This document shows, in pieces, positions 17,094 through 29,580 of a stretch of 43,307 bases of DNA (its first letter is position 1; each line of letters begins with the position of its first letter). The stretch comes from Catajapyx aquilonaris (Eukaryota), in assembly GCA_000934665.2 (NCBI GenBank), contig JYFJ02003380.1, positions 1 to 43,307 on the forward strand, written 5' to 3'. A program made the translations under genes and the position numbers. A model generated the notes under the pieces. That model was given only the letters and a program-made list of their open reading frames with translations, ran no database searches and had not been told where the DNA came from.

Positions 17094-18324
17094 AAATTTC
17101 TTATTATTTCAAGGTTGAGCCTAGTGCTTTTAAAATAACCTTCACATGCAGGGACTGGAACCTTAACAAGCTAGACTCCTTAGCTAGAATGTCTGGCACT
17201 TAAACATGACAAAGTATTTTTAACATGCATCAAAGGTGTGGAACTTGCATGCATCAAGCTGATAATGTCAGAGTCCATGCAAGGCCCTGGTCCATGTCAG
17301 ATAAGAGAAGTTTATGTAACTAATTTGATTTGACCCCAACTTTGGTGAGAGATAGCTGTCCACTTTCATGTTGGTTAAATTTTGTAACATCAAATCAAGG
17401 CAAGATGAAAACATCATCTCTGAAGCTGTTATTGTCTTGCTTTTGTTCCTTCTGAGACCATCCCTACTACCCATAGGGATTATCCAGCAGGCCAATTATT
17501 GGGTGCCACATAATACTGCCATGATATTTGTTCTACAAAATGTGACAACTGCAATAAACTTTTTTTTTAACTTATCAATTTTAACTATTTTAAATTTTCT
17601 TATTGCTCTTGATGTGGTTGTCTTGCAGTAAACATATTAGCTGGGCATTAACATGGGTAGAAGAGTGCTCCAGTTGAAGCCCATACATGAACCTATATTA
17701 TTTGTAGGAAGCTGGTGCGGTATGTATTCTTCATTTTTTGGGCATAAGACAGATCCCATCCACTGCCTTACCTGAATGCAACCCAATTTGCACAACTAAC
17801 ATGATGACTCATGGTGATAATAAACTTGCATGAAGAGGAGTTGTCATGGTTGCTTATGTTAATTCCTGAAGAACTTTGTGTCAAATACATGCCGCAAAAC
17901 AACTACAGATATTTCCAAGCCTCTTATCTCAAATCTGCCTTAGTTATCATGTTTGGTTTGCTAGTGTGGGCATATGGATGTGGTGGTTGGGATCTGCCAC
18001 ATGTCACAGGAGGAAGAACAAAATTCCAGTTTTAGAGAGTTTGGACGGGGACATGTATGTAGAGGGTCTTTGCAATTGTTGGTGGTAGATAACTGTGTAA
18101 GAACACTGATTGATTGGGCAACAGTAGCATTAGCTATACTGTGCCAGAAAAACAAAGTGTTAAGCTGTCAGACAAGATTGCAGTGTACAGTATAACTCCA
18201 GCTCAAAGGTGAATTTCATTCAGTGAACACTTTTCTTTCCCCTGGGTTAGTGTGGTAAGAATTTTGATAGGGTATTGTGCAATTTATAGCTAACTGTGAG
18301 TTGTATTATCTTTTTCTGCAGATA

Positions 18325-21300
18325 ATGTCATCGCTATTCTCAGGACTGGTGTCAGGCATAGCTTCAGAAATCACTTCAGGACTATGTTCCTACCTACAGC
18401 GGTCAGCTTCTGGACCAGACCAGAACAAAGTTGCTGAGGTTACAGCAGAAAAATTTGCCAGCTGGCCTGTGCATTGCAGAGAAGATGGGATGGTTCTGTA
18501 TGGCCCCTCACCCCCACCTTCCTGTGCATCCACCTCTCCTTTTGGAGGTGGCAGAAGGGGCTCAGGAGCCACTGGGCAGGAGAAGGTCCAGCCCACTTTT
18601 GAGATCCTGCTGCACAAGCCATACACTGACAGCCTAAGTCAGGCATACAGCCTCTTCCGAACTGCTGATGTTGAAGAGGCTGAGGTTCGATTTCTGACAA
18701 TGAGGGACAAGCTGCCCACGCTGCTGGACATGTCACGTGAGGTATGCCCATCTTAAACTCTTGATTGCAAATGGTATTTATTAAACTGCAGTAAATAGAT
18801 CATTCTGGCTCACTGATGCAAATTAATCTTGCTATTGGCAGTCATATTAAGTTCAATCATGTTGCTTTTGCATTGAAGTTGTTTCATAAATATAGGAACA
18901 TTGGAAAATTGAAAAAGAAATTTAAAGAAAGGCAAATTAAATTTCAGGTTATGCAGTAAGCTTGTCAGATCCTTGAACTTATTAAAAACTAACATTTGTA
19001 GTATATTTTAGCACATTTATAAAACAACAAAAGTAGAATGTCTGGTGACCAGAGGCATACAAAACTGAATTGTTTTAATTTATTTTCCAGTTGTACAATG
19101 TAGCTGGTCTTCAAAAGACCTGTGATTTACTCCGTTTACACCCAACCTGGACAGTTGCTCACTTGGCTGCTTCTCTTGACCTCTTGGACTCACTCAAAAG
19201 CAATGTCATCACAGGGCATGTGAACAGGTCTGCTGAAGAGGATGGCCTAACTCCTTTACACTTGGCCACCAAAAACCAAAACCTTCGTATGGTTCAAGGA
19301 CTCTTGGCATCAGGAGCAACATTATCTGGTGCTGACCATTCTGGGGACACTGTCTTCCACTATGCTGCATGTACCAACAACAAACATTTGATTCAAGCAT
19401 TAGCAGAATCAGAAAACATGGCTACTGAGGAGGCCAAAGTGGCTCTCAACTCCCGCAACCTGGCAGGATTAACCCCACTTCACATGGCATGCAAAGAGGA
19501 TAAGCCTGAGTCAGTTAGGGCATTACTCTGTGCAGGTGCTGATGCAAATGCAGCCAGTGGTGAAGGTGACATCTCATCTCCAGGAGAAGCATGTGCAAAG
19601 GATATTATGACAGCCTTTCCAGGTCATCTTCACTCCAAGGATATGAAACTGGGTGGAACCCCCCTTCATTGGGCCAAAGGGAAGCAGGTCATTGAAGCAC
19701 TTTTAGAAGTTGGCTGTAATGCAGAGGTCACCAACTTTGAAGGCGACACTGCCCTGCATGTCATGGTGAGTGAAAAAGGATAATCTGAGTTTATATTCAC
19801 AAACAAGTACTAGATGCAGTCCCTACCTGGTCCAGGTCATTGTATTGCACTGCAGGGTGTCATAATCCATAATGGATGCTTTAGGCCAAGATTTTTTTAA
19901 AGGGGTCTCTTTGTAGCTTGTGCAAATGCATTCCAGAAGTAAGTACCATTTGGCCACATACAATGTTTAGATTATTTTTCCCAAAAAGCAATATAGTCAC
20001 ATGGAGGCACAGTTTGTTCACTGTTAATGGACACAAATACTATGTCAATCAAATCATTATTCAACCCTGTCTTAAGCCCTTTATATACCAACCATATTGT
20101 TACTTCTCCTGGTCACTCCCTAAGGTTCTTGCCTGATAAAAATTTTCTGGAGGTGGAGAGGCAATGAAGGTAACTTGCTGAAAGTTGTGGGCTACGGCCT
20201 AGCTGGTTTGAAAGAGGCTCAAAGGCATATTTCACTTGATCTGTTGGAGAAGGACATGTGACAATGCCTGACTGCATATGAGAGTCCTTACACTTACATC
20301 TCTCAAGAGTTTGTAACACAACAAGTGGGACATATTTGAGCACACTGACTATGATCCATGTCTTGCATAGGGGACTTTCACTCATTCTGTCACCAGAAAA
20401 TTTTAGGCAGGCGAAGGCTAGGGAGTGGCCCAGAGATGAAGCAATATACTGTACTAGAAAGAGACAAGCTGACTATATCTGATAGGCCTACCATATATCA
20501 AAAATGGCTTTGATTGGCATGATGTTTGTGTGAAAAAGTAGCTAAAACGCTGTCGTCATGTGCCTGTATTGATTTTTGAGAAAGATTATGTAATATTTTG
20601 TGGACAAACCATACTTGGTTTTGGAATATGATAATGTAAGTGATAATTGAATCTATACTTTGCCTCATTAAAATACTGTATCAACCATGGTATTTTTTCA
20701 TGGAGTAATTAATTATGTAGCTTTATTGATATGATTAGCAACACTAGCACAGAGTTTCTTTTGCAACTTTGTTTCCTTTTTTTAGAGCACTCAAATGATC
20801 TCGTGAGTTGCTCTTTTATGTGAATGTGTTGTTCTGATATACTGATAACAAGGTTGACTGGCCCTTTGTTTATTATTTTGCTTATTGGGCATTTTTTTCA
20901 TCGTGTGTTTATTTTGAGCATGTACTATAGACTTGGCAAAGACTTGGGGTTACTGTTTACATTGGAAATTATTTCCAATGTTCTCAAACATTGGGAAAGA
21001 GAAGTTTTGGTAATGTGCCACTTTTGATGAAGCTTGACCCTGTGTTTTTGGGTAGGTATACTTCTCACATTCCTTGAAGCAAATGAAATGTGCTGATCAC
21101 AGCAGACTTCCTCTTGAGCTAGGTGTTTTGCTTCACTTAATTGGTTTCTTGCCAGTTTTCAATAATTTACTGAAAATGTTAGGGACCTGTTTACATTATC
21201 CAAAAATAAAGGTACTTATGGGTACGGTGGAATTTTGAGACGTGGAAGTCAAGAAATAGGATATCAAAACCAAAGTTTTTACCTACATTGCAGTCTCATT

Positions 21301-23351
21301 TGCATATGGGAAATTAGTTGCATTTAGGCATTTTTGGAGTAAAGAGGCTTTGAAAAGAGTTTGAGACTGCCTTAGGAAGTGGGATACTGCCAGAGTTCAA
21401 GTTGCAATGCAGGTGAAACATTGACAGAGAAACTGTGTAGAATTTTTTTCAGGAAGAATATTGATGGTTGCTATTTAGCATATATGGACTGACAGAATAT
21501 GCCATACAATGTATTGCTGCAGGAAGCATCTCAATGAGTTCATGCAGTATATTCTAGTGTGTAAATCATGGTGCTGGTACACTACCCACTCGCATAGTCT
21601 TTCAAGAAACAAAAAAGACTTCCTTAAAAAGTAAATTGACTAGTGACATGGCCCCATGGCTTATCAATTGCAAGTTATGAATGTGGGTGGGTTGATGAAA
21701 TCAGTATGTGTGTGTAAAGCAAACTCTACCAATTCTTTCCCTCTCTTTTGCATAGGTGGAGCGTGACCGTTTCCCATGTGTGGTAACCCTTCTCTGCCAT
21801 GGCGCTTTGGTGGATGCAGTGAACAAAGATGGCAATACTGCCCTTCACTTTGCTGTGCGAAAATCAAATATTCACATGGTTCAAGCCTTACTTTGCTTTG
21901 GTGCAAACCCAAATGCTGTTAACCATGCAGGGCACAATGTTCGCCATTTAGCTGCTACCTCTGGCCAAGGACAAATTCCGGGCAATATGCTGCACATTTT
22001 GCATTCAGTTGGTGCAAAAAGATGTCCACGGAACGATGCTGCATGTGCAGATGGCTGTCGAAATGGGCAGAGTTATGATGGAATTCCACCAGACTCAGTT
22101 CCAGCAACTAGGTCTCGCCGGGTTCTAGATGAAATGCTCGCTATGACAGCTATGAGTGGCTCTGGTAAAGGTCCAGGGGCGAAGTTGCTCTGCCTGGATG
22201 GTGGTGGTATACGTGGTTTGGTTCTGACCCAGATGCTGGTAGATTTGGAGAAAATGCTAGGTCGCCCAGTTGGGAAAGCATTTGACTGGATTTCAGGCAC
22301 CAGCACTGGAGGGATACTGGCACTTGCACTCGCCCAGGGAAAATCAGCTCGACATTGCCAGCAATTGTACTTCAAGCTGAAGGACAAGATATTTGTAGGG
22401 AGTCGCCCATATGCATCAGAGGCATTAGAGCAAATGCTGCGGGTGGAGTTTGGGGAGGAGGCAAACATGACTTCTATCAAGACCCCAAAGTGAGTTCCTA
22501 GCACCTACAGGGTAATGTATAAAGGGATGTTTTTTTCTCGTGGTTTGATTCCTTATCTAATTCTAAGATATACAGTAAGTACAGGAAGGACACGTTTTAT
22601 GCTCCTTCATTTTATGCCACTTCACGTAACACCGGTTCAAAAATTACATTTGCAATCTTTTTGATCGAATATTTTTGAAAAACTTGAAGATATACATCAC
22701 TGCAACATTTCTGAGTCCAAACACATGACCATAAGGGCTCTTCTTTTGTTTTTCCTGGTGCCTTTTGGCAAGTTCTGTTCTATCGATATATACAGTACCG
22801 TGTTATTGGTCTTGGCACTTCCCCGAAATGCTCTAACCATTGTTAAATACCCAATGTGTACTGCAATTCTTGCGGAGAGGTGTGGTGGCCGAGATGATAA
22901 CGTCTCGCTTGCTGAGTGAAAGGTCCCAGGTTCGATCCCTGCCTGGGGGGGCGACACGGTGGCGGAGTGGTTAGCGCCGCAGCCTTCCACCTCTAAGGTC
23001 CCGCGTTCGATCCCCGGGTCGGACGGAGGATTCTTATGTGTATAGAGTTTCGATGGGTTCTCTCCGTGTTCGCGTGGGTTTTCTCGGGGTTCTCCCGTTT
23101 CCTCCCGCTATCAAAATCCATCACAGCGCAGGCAATGATTAAAGTCGGTTAAATAAAAGATGATCCACTAAGAGGCCCAAGGAGGCCTAGCACGAGGTAT
23201 CCATTATTATTATTATTATTATTATTAACCCTCTGCGTGGCCTGACCATCCACCAGAGTGTCATTTTGTAGGTCATACGAGGGGGACAGGGGCAACCTGT
23301 ACTCCGCTGGCTACCCCTCTATGGGATTATTTTGCCGTGAAGTAAATAATA

Positions 23352-23400
<49 letters not shown>

Positions 23401-24947
23401 TATATGTATATCCCCGCCTGGGAATTCCCTTTCACCAACGTCGGGAGAGTCTCTGACCTGCACCAAGGAGGTGTCTGGCAACCTAACCTCCTGGGGGACT
23501 GCATATGGCCCAAACATTTAAGACATTGCACCTGCACAAGTGTCCCCTCCCCAACAATTCCTATCCCTACCCCATTTCCCAAATTCCTTGCATGGTGACT
23601 GAAGAAAATGGAAAAATTATTCTAAATGGTGGTAATCCACCCCCCTATAAACCCTAATCTGGTTATCACGGGGTAATAGAAATAGAAATAAATAGAAATA
23701 AATTCTGCAATTCTTGCCAAAATAAGGAAAAGAGCCCTCAGAACCTGATGGCCCTCAACCTGGAACCTCCCATTAATCAATGTTTCAAATATTCAGCATT
23801 AAAAACAGCAATATTAGTACTGCCTATGGATTTTTTTTTGAAATTTTGGAACCTATCTCATTTACTTACATTATAATATTGTCTCATTTTACGGCGCGTT
23901 GTGTTGGAACCAATTAATGGTGTAAAACAGGTACTTCCTGTATTGAAGTGTTGCAGTATTGGGCTCATTATTACGTAGGGTAGGAGAGAAACTTCATGTT
24001 TTATGATGCAATGTGTTTCACTTGCCACAATTTTTTTCTGCAATAACAAGTGACATCAATAGAAGCAACCTCAGCTGCTTGTAAGAACTAGCCAGGGATA
24101 TTGTAGGCAACAAGATAGCGACATAATGGAAAGTAAAGGAAAAATGCCATTGATCAAAGCATATTTTAGCATTACCAATGTAATGAAAGAAACCTGCAGA
24201 CAACTCATCATGAAGTGGAACAAATACAAATGGTTAAAGGTTAATATTCTTTGCAGAGTGATGGTGACAGGTGTTTTGGCAGACCGTTACCCTGCTGACC
24301 TCCACTTATTTCGCAACTACCGCTCACCTGAGTCCATCCTAGGCCTTGACTCAGTTGGCGGGAGTGGTGAGGGTGGAGCAAGCTACCAACCAACTCCATC
24401 GCCAGAACAACAGTTAATCTGGCGTGCTGCTCGCTCCTCTGGAGCCGCTCCCACTTACTTCAGAGCCTCAGGCCGCTTCATAGATGGTGGACTTATTGCA
24501 AACAATCCAACACTGGATTCCATGACAGAAGTGCATGAGTACTTTGCTGCCTTAAGGGCTACAGGTCAATGCCAAGAGCCATGCCGAATTGCAGTGGTTG
24601 TATCTCTGGGAACTGGTAAAGTTCCTGTAACACCTGTCAATGCAATTGATATTTTCAGACCTGAGAGTCTTGTAGATACAGCTCGATTGGCATTTGGAAT
24701 GAGTGCATTGGGGAAACTGTTGGTTGATCAAGCAGCTTGCAGTGATGGCAGGGTTGTGGACAGAGCCAGGGCATGGTGTAGCTCAGCTGGTACACCCTAT
24801 TTCCGACTTACTCCTCAACTGACTGAGGATGTCCAGTTGGATGAAACGAGAGATGAAGTTATTGTCAACATGATGTGGGAGACTCAGGCATATGTTCAAT
24901 CAAAAAGGAAGGATTTTGAACGGCTCCTTGAAATACTAAACGCATAA
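18325..24947 (+). CDS. PLA2G6: 85/88 kDa calcium-independent phospholipase A2 (iPLA2-beta, group VIA), 4 coding exons: 18325-18741, 19091-19765, 21756-22489, 24257-24947; 838 aa
   Basis: Ankyrin repeats (GLTPLHLA, GDTVFHYA, GGTPLHWA, GNTALHFA) precede a patatin domain with DGGGIRG, the GTSTG nucleophile motif and FIDGGLIANNP. GT-AG introns in phases 0, 0, 2 give a continuous ORF. Confidence 0.97.
22874..23704 (+). mobile_element. SINE family A copy 2, split by a second SINE
   Basis: 13-bp TSD CTGCAATTCTTGC at 22861-22873 and 23705-23717. 22874-22947 plus 23423-23600 align with 1488-1735. Confidence 0.9.
22948..23409 (+). mobile_element. tRNA-derived SINE, family E, with a V-domain-like core, an extra 3' segment and two (ATT)n tails
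   Basis: TSD ATCCCTGCCTGGG / ATCCCCGCCTGGG at 22935-22947 and 23410-23422. A box TGGCGGAGTGG, B box GTTCGATCCC. Core GTTCTCTCCGTGTTCGCGTGGGTTTTCTCGGGGTTCTCCCGTTTCCTCCC. Confidence 0.88.
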
Positions 24948-26660
24948 TTTGTATTATGAGGGTGGTTTTATGTTTAGAGCCCTAGTATTATTGAATGTCA
25001 TAATTTATGAGGAGGGCTTGTTGGTATATTAAAGATTTATGGATGTCCTGGACTTGTGTCTATGTGTGTGTTCTAATTCATGTGTATACGTACAGCAGCA
25101 GTCTGCAATATTTTTAATTACTGTGGAACTGTCGTACTCTAAATGTAATTATTGTTCTTTAATTGTACTAACTTTGGTGCTTTTACTGAAGCGAGAATAT
25201 TATACTCTTACGACTTGTGTTTATAATGACTGAACAAATTGTGGGTTTGGGTAACCCCAGATCAAGACTGATCAAGAATGAGTAATTGAATCCAAGGTTC
25301 AATTGAATCTGTATGCATGTTGAAAAACATCTCAGAGTAACCTGACACTGAAACTGAGTCTTTGCTTTTTTGGAAGAAACAGTTTTGGACACTGAAATAT
25401 TCATACACAGTCATGTGTGCTTCATTTTAAAATTACTGGAATCCATGTGCCTCATGCTATAGGAAAAAGTGCCAGTTACCTGTTGGCATGTACCAAAGTT
25501 ACCAAATGGCACCTATATGTACGTACCTTACAGACTCAAATATGCCATTTCATGTAGCAGAAGTGTGACACCTTCTTTGTGTGCCACCTAAAAGTAATGA
25601 GACATCATCATGTTTGCATCAATATTAACTTAGTCATTTCTTGGAAGGGGGTTTTATTTTTCTGCTCCTGCTGCCTATTTTAGCCTGAGCCATTGAGGAC
25701 ATTCGTAGGCCTAGGTAAGTTATATCCAGCTGGAGGGTTAGAAACTCAGGGAGAATGTAGAAAATCCAATAAGGTGTGATGCTGGATCAATGGAGGTTTC
25801 AGCTCATTATTGTTATCCGTAATGTTGAGGACATGAGGACCGACCCTCAGAATTTTGTGTCAACAATGATGACAATGAATGGCAGCCCACACCCCACAGT
25901 GATGGGGGATTCCATCCACGACAACTCGAAGAATGTACAATGAATGACCAATGTTTTGTGGACAGCACATGCAGCTGTTCTTAATTATGTAACCATACAC
26001 ATTTTCATGGCAGATAGTTCCCCTATGTCCGTAGCAGACCACGGTCCTTAGATAAGAATCATGGTACATATGGGGGGACAAAACACTTGTGCAAATGAAA
26101 TGTTTGCACCGTTTTCATCGAGGATTCGAGGCTGTAAAAATTTATAACAGACGGTAATTTGTGATATCTCATCTTTTGGTTTTAATTTGTTGCGTTTATG
26201 GGATTGTGTAATGTGCGGTAATGTGCCTTGCCCATCTGCTGCAATAGTCGACAAAAGGCTGATCCAGGGCCGTGGGCCGATCACTGAGAATATTTCCGAT
26301 TCGTATTTCCCTCCCAGATACCCCGGCTCGTTTATATGTCCATTTATCTACACAATAAATATATCTGTACGCAATAATATTTTATTATAAGTTTAAATTA
26401 TTAATGATTTATATAAATTTTATAGATTGATGAATTAATCTGGCAACCTCTTATGCATTCCTCTTTTGTTTTAAGGAAAATGGCCGCCTCTAGCACGTGT
26501 TTATTACATTTTCGCAGTGAATTTCCGACCGCGTAACGTGTTTTAGGCGAATTCCTGCTGCGCTGGTGGGTGTCAGAAAGAAGCAGCTGAGTAGGACGGT
26601 TCCACGGTTCGGTAAGAAAAAGAATATTTGGGATCTCGGAAGAACAGCGGCCAGGGCAAC

Positions 26661-27730
26661 ATGAAGAAAAGTAAAAAGGTGGACGCGCTGGTCCTGGAAT
26701 TAAAGGCGCATAAACACACCAAGGCAGCAAAAGTGGCCAAGAAAGGCGTGGAAGAGGAAGCTGCCACTGAAGAGGGCCAGGAAGTGAAGCAAAAGAAGAA
26801 GTTTTGGAAGAAGGAGCTGCCCGAAGGAGACAAAAAAAAATTACGGAAGAAGAAGAGGCAGAAGAGCATTGCTGAAGTAGTGGAGGAAGCACCAGCGAAA
26901 CTTCCCAAGAAGAAGAAGAAGAATGGTCAGTTGGAGAAAGCTGAAGAGCTGAAAACAGAAGACGTAGGTCCGAGAAAGAAAAACAAGAAGCAGCTTGAAG
27001 GGGTAATGGAGCAGGAGGAGGATGGTGAGAATTTGAAGAAGAAAAAGAGGAAAAAAGACAAACATGCTGAAAGTGGGAGTGGTGATGTGGATGAAGACAT
27101 TAATGATGACGAGGCAGGGCCAAAGAGAAAGAAGAAAAAGAAGGAAGGTGGAGACAGAAGAAGCAATAACCCACCAGAGGATGAAATCCTCTCACTCAAG
27201 TCCCGCAAGCGGAAGAAAAAGAAGAAAAAGAAGGAGGTGGTTGTTACGCATGAAAAGGACACAGATGAATATTGTCAGGGTGCATTGGAGTATTTAAGAC
27301 AATGGAAGGAAGATCGCTCTAACTGGAAATTCCAGAAGATAAAGCAGGTCTGGCTGATGAAAAACATGCTCATCACTAATAAGGTAAGTTACTTCCTTTC
27401 AAGGCATTAAGGGGAAGTAGTTTTGTACGCCTGCCTTGAAGCAAGGTAACTAGAATTTTGTTGGTTGGATGAGTAATGTTATTGCTGTTGTAGGTCCCTG
27501 ATGAGAACTTTCATGACCTGGTTGAGTACATCATGTCAATTAAAGGGCAAGGGAGGAATCTGGTTCTGAAGTGTGCCCAGAAATCTTTGGAGGACTGTGA
27601 GAACTGGATGGAACTGGAGGAAAAGGGAAGAACACCTGAGGAGATCAAGAAGTCGTTAGGAATTGAGCAGGTCTCGCAGGAATCCTACCAGAGGGCAAGA
27701 GAAATCATACAGACACTGGAGGAAGACTAA
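26661..27730 (+). CDS. C7orf50: C7orf50-like lysine-rich protein with WKF (DUF2373) domain, 2 exons: 26661-27383, 27494-27730; 319 aa
   Basis: K/E-rich N-terminus followed by ALEYLRQWKEDRSNWKFQKIKQVWLMKNM|VPDENFHDLVEYIMSIKGQGR...YQRAREIIQTL. Phase-0 GT-AG intron. AATAAA at 27800-27805. Confidence 0.9.
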
Positions 27731-28305
27731 TTACCATTGGTTCACCTATGTAATGCGAATTGTTTGGCACAATTTTAAACTGCAAGTACATGATATGCTA
27801 ATAAATCAGAGGTTTATTGTAATTTTTTGATTGCATAAATCTTGTTAACACTTGAAGGACGGGCCTTACATTTGCTGATGGGGCAGGAGAAGGGGGGGGG
27901 GGGGGNGGGGGTGTAGAAGGGGAAATTAGCATAACTAAATATCTCGGACCTGAGGTAAAGCTGTCTCTGTGTGGCATTATCATATTGTACTGACAGGATT
28001 TTGAAAATTGACATTTTATCAGTACAAAAGTACCGTACTGCACCAATTCTAGATTCCTGTTGGGTGGGTGGTAAGTTTCCTTATGCATGCCACACCACAG
28101 CTATTCCATAGCCATTTGACGTTTGTTACCAATTCCTCAGCCGTTCTGCATCTGTTCAGAAGCTTTTCCATTGCCATTCAATACCCATCTCGCAGCTATT
28201 TCGTACCTATTTCCTACCGCAGATACGCAGATAGATTTGTGGAGAAGATGTATAAAGCACTGGCATTCCACCTGTGTGAAGGATGGGTCCCCTGCTAGTT
28301 CTAAG

Positions 28306-28455
28306 GTAATATAGAAAATATTTAAAGCATATTGGAGGATGTTATATGCAAATACTACACCATTTTATATAAGGGACTGGAGCAACTACAGAATTTGATG
28401 TCCATGGGTTCTGGAACCAAACCATGTCGGGTCATCTGTGACAGAGGGCCCAGTG
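28306..28455 (-). mobile_element. Tigger-family terminal fragment resembling MER2
   Basis: GTAATATAGAAAATATTTAAAGCATATTGGAGGATGTTATATGCAAATACTACACCATTTTATATAAGGGACTGGAGCA...CTGGAACCAA...GAGGGCCCAGTG|TA matches my recollection of the reverse-complemented MER2 5' end. Not checked against a database. Confidence 0.65.
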
Positions 28456-28474
28456 TATAGTGGCTTGGCAGTAA

Positions 28475-28756
28475 TAATAATAATTCATACCCCGTTATCA
28501 GCCATCGGCTCTTTAGGGGGGAAGTTTGTTTTGTGTGGAACTCATTGCTTTTCATTTTACTGCGCTCGTTGGGATAGGATAGGGACGGAAGGAAGCGGCT
28601 GTGGCCTATTAATTACAGAAGCAACTCCGGAATTTTCCTGGAAGGACCGTGGGAAACCACAGAAAACCACGGTCAGAGTTGCCGGCCCTGGGATTCGAAC
28701 CCATGACCTCCCGATTAGCAGTCAGACGCCTTATCCACTATGCCAACCTGCTTCGG
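28475..28756 (-). mobile_element. tRNA-derived SINE, family C, full length
   Basis: 17-bp TSD TAGTGGCTTGGCAGTAA at 28458-28474 and 28757-28773. The minus-strand head reads TGGCATAGTGG...TCTGACTGCTAATCGGG...GGTTCGAATCCC. Confidence 0.92.
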
Positions 28757-28872
28757 TAGTGGCTTGGCAGTAAAGCTAGTTGTAAATTTTGTCAAATCTG
28801 GTTAGCACAATTTTTACAGGCATGTCACTGTTTGTGGGGTAAATAATGCAGATGGTGTAGTACTGTGTCGAT

Positions 28873-29326
28873 CAGGGCTATTCACCTAGTTTATGGCCAG
28901 GTCCAGTATTTACCTGTCCCGGAGCATTGAAGGTCTGAACCCCCCCATAAAGAGATGGATTTTATATGGTACCCCAGGGTTCATTTTTGAAAATAGAAAC
29001 ATGTGTAGCAAGGGTAGAAGGACCTATCAAGACTGGACATATTAAGACATTTTTGCCCTTTATGATGTCCTGTACAGGCGCTTATGCAGAAAAAATTCTG
29101 GAGGGGGGCCCATTTCATAAGCACAAGGTGAACAAGCCATAAAGGGCGGGGATTTTTTATTGGGGGGCGGGGTTAAAGGTCACACAAGCTTAGGTGAATG
29201 TGGGAGATTTGAATAGGTATGTATTTGATGAAATTGGTAGCACTTTTTCCAAAAAAGTAATTTTTAATGCCATTTCAATTCAAACTGTCCTGTACATCAT
29301 CGCGGTCCACCAATTGAATAGCCCTG
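28873..29326. mobile_element. hAT-like MITE
   Basis: TIRs CAGGGCTATTCA / TGAATAGCCCTG. 8-bp TSD GTGTCGAT / GTGTAGAT. The internal part 29176-29320 recurs at 43135-43307. Confidence 0.8.
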
Positions 29327-29580
29327 GTGTAGATTGTAAAACATCTGCAAAATAATTAAAAAGTGCATAACACTATGAGATATTGGGTATGACCTTTTCA
29401 CAGACCGGTTGGTGGCACAATTATTAGGAAACTTGCAAATGTGCATTGATTTTTTTTTTCTTGTTCAGTGGCTGTGACCAAGCTAAACTTCATTGGGTTC
29501 ATTACCTTTAGTATTTTTCTTAACTGTGGAATAACTTGTAGATATTGTAACATTGCAACATGTACAGTACCGGTACATGT

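Larger units (their letters stand above)
22582..23940. mobile_element. Tigger/pogo-like non-autonomous element hosting nested SINEs, in the last PLA2G6 intron
   Basis: TA|CAGGAAGGACACGTTTTA ... TAAAACAGGTACTTCCTG|TA, an imperfect TIR with TA flanks. Confidence 0.6.

Noticed and set aside
25680..26345. Coding-looking stretch between PLA2G6 and C7orf50
   Set aside because: The frames I translated are broken by stops and resemble no family I know. It may be 3' UTR or old repeat.
26401..27262. Minus-strand F/S/L-rich ORFs
   Set aside because: They are antisense shadows of the K/E-rich C7orf50 exon.
28680..28756. tRNA genes suggested by A/B boxes and a GCT anticodon-like loop (also at ~530-605, 1490-1560, 12100-12165, 16820-16900, 22955-23020)
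   Set aside because: No complete acceptor stem, and each is the head of a SINE with a body, a tail and a TSD.
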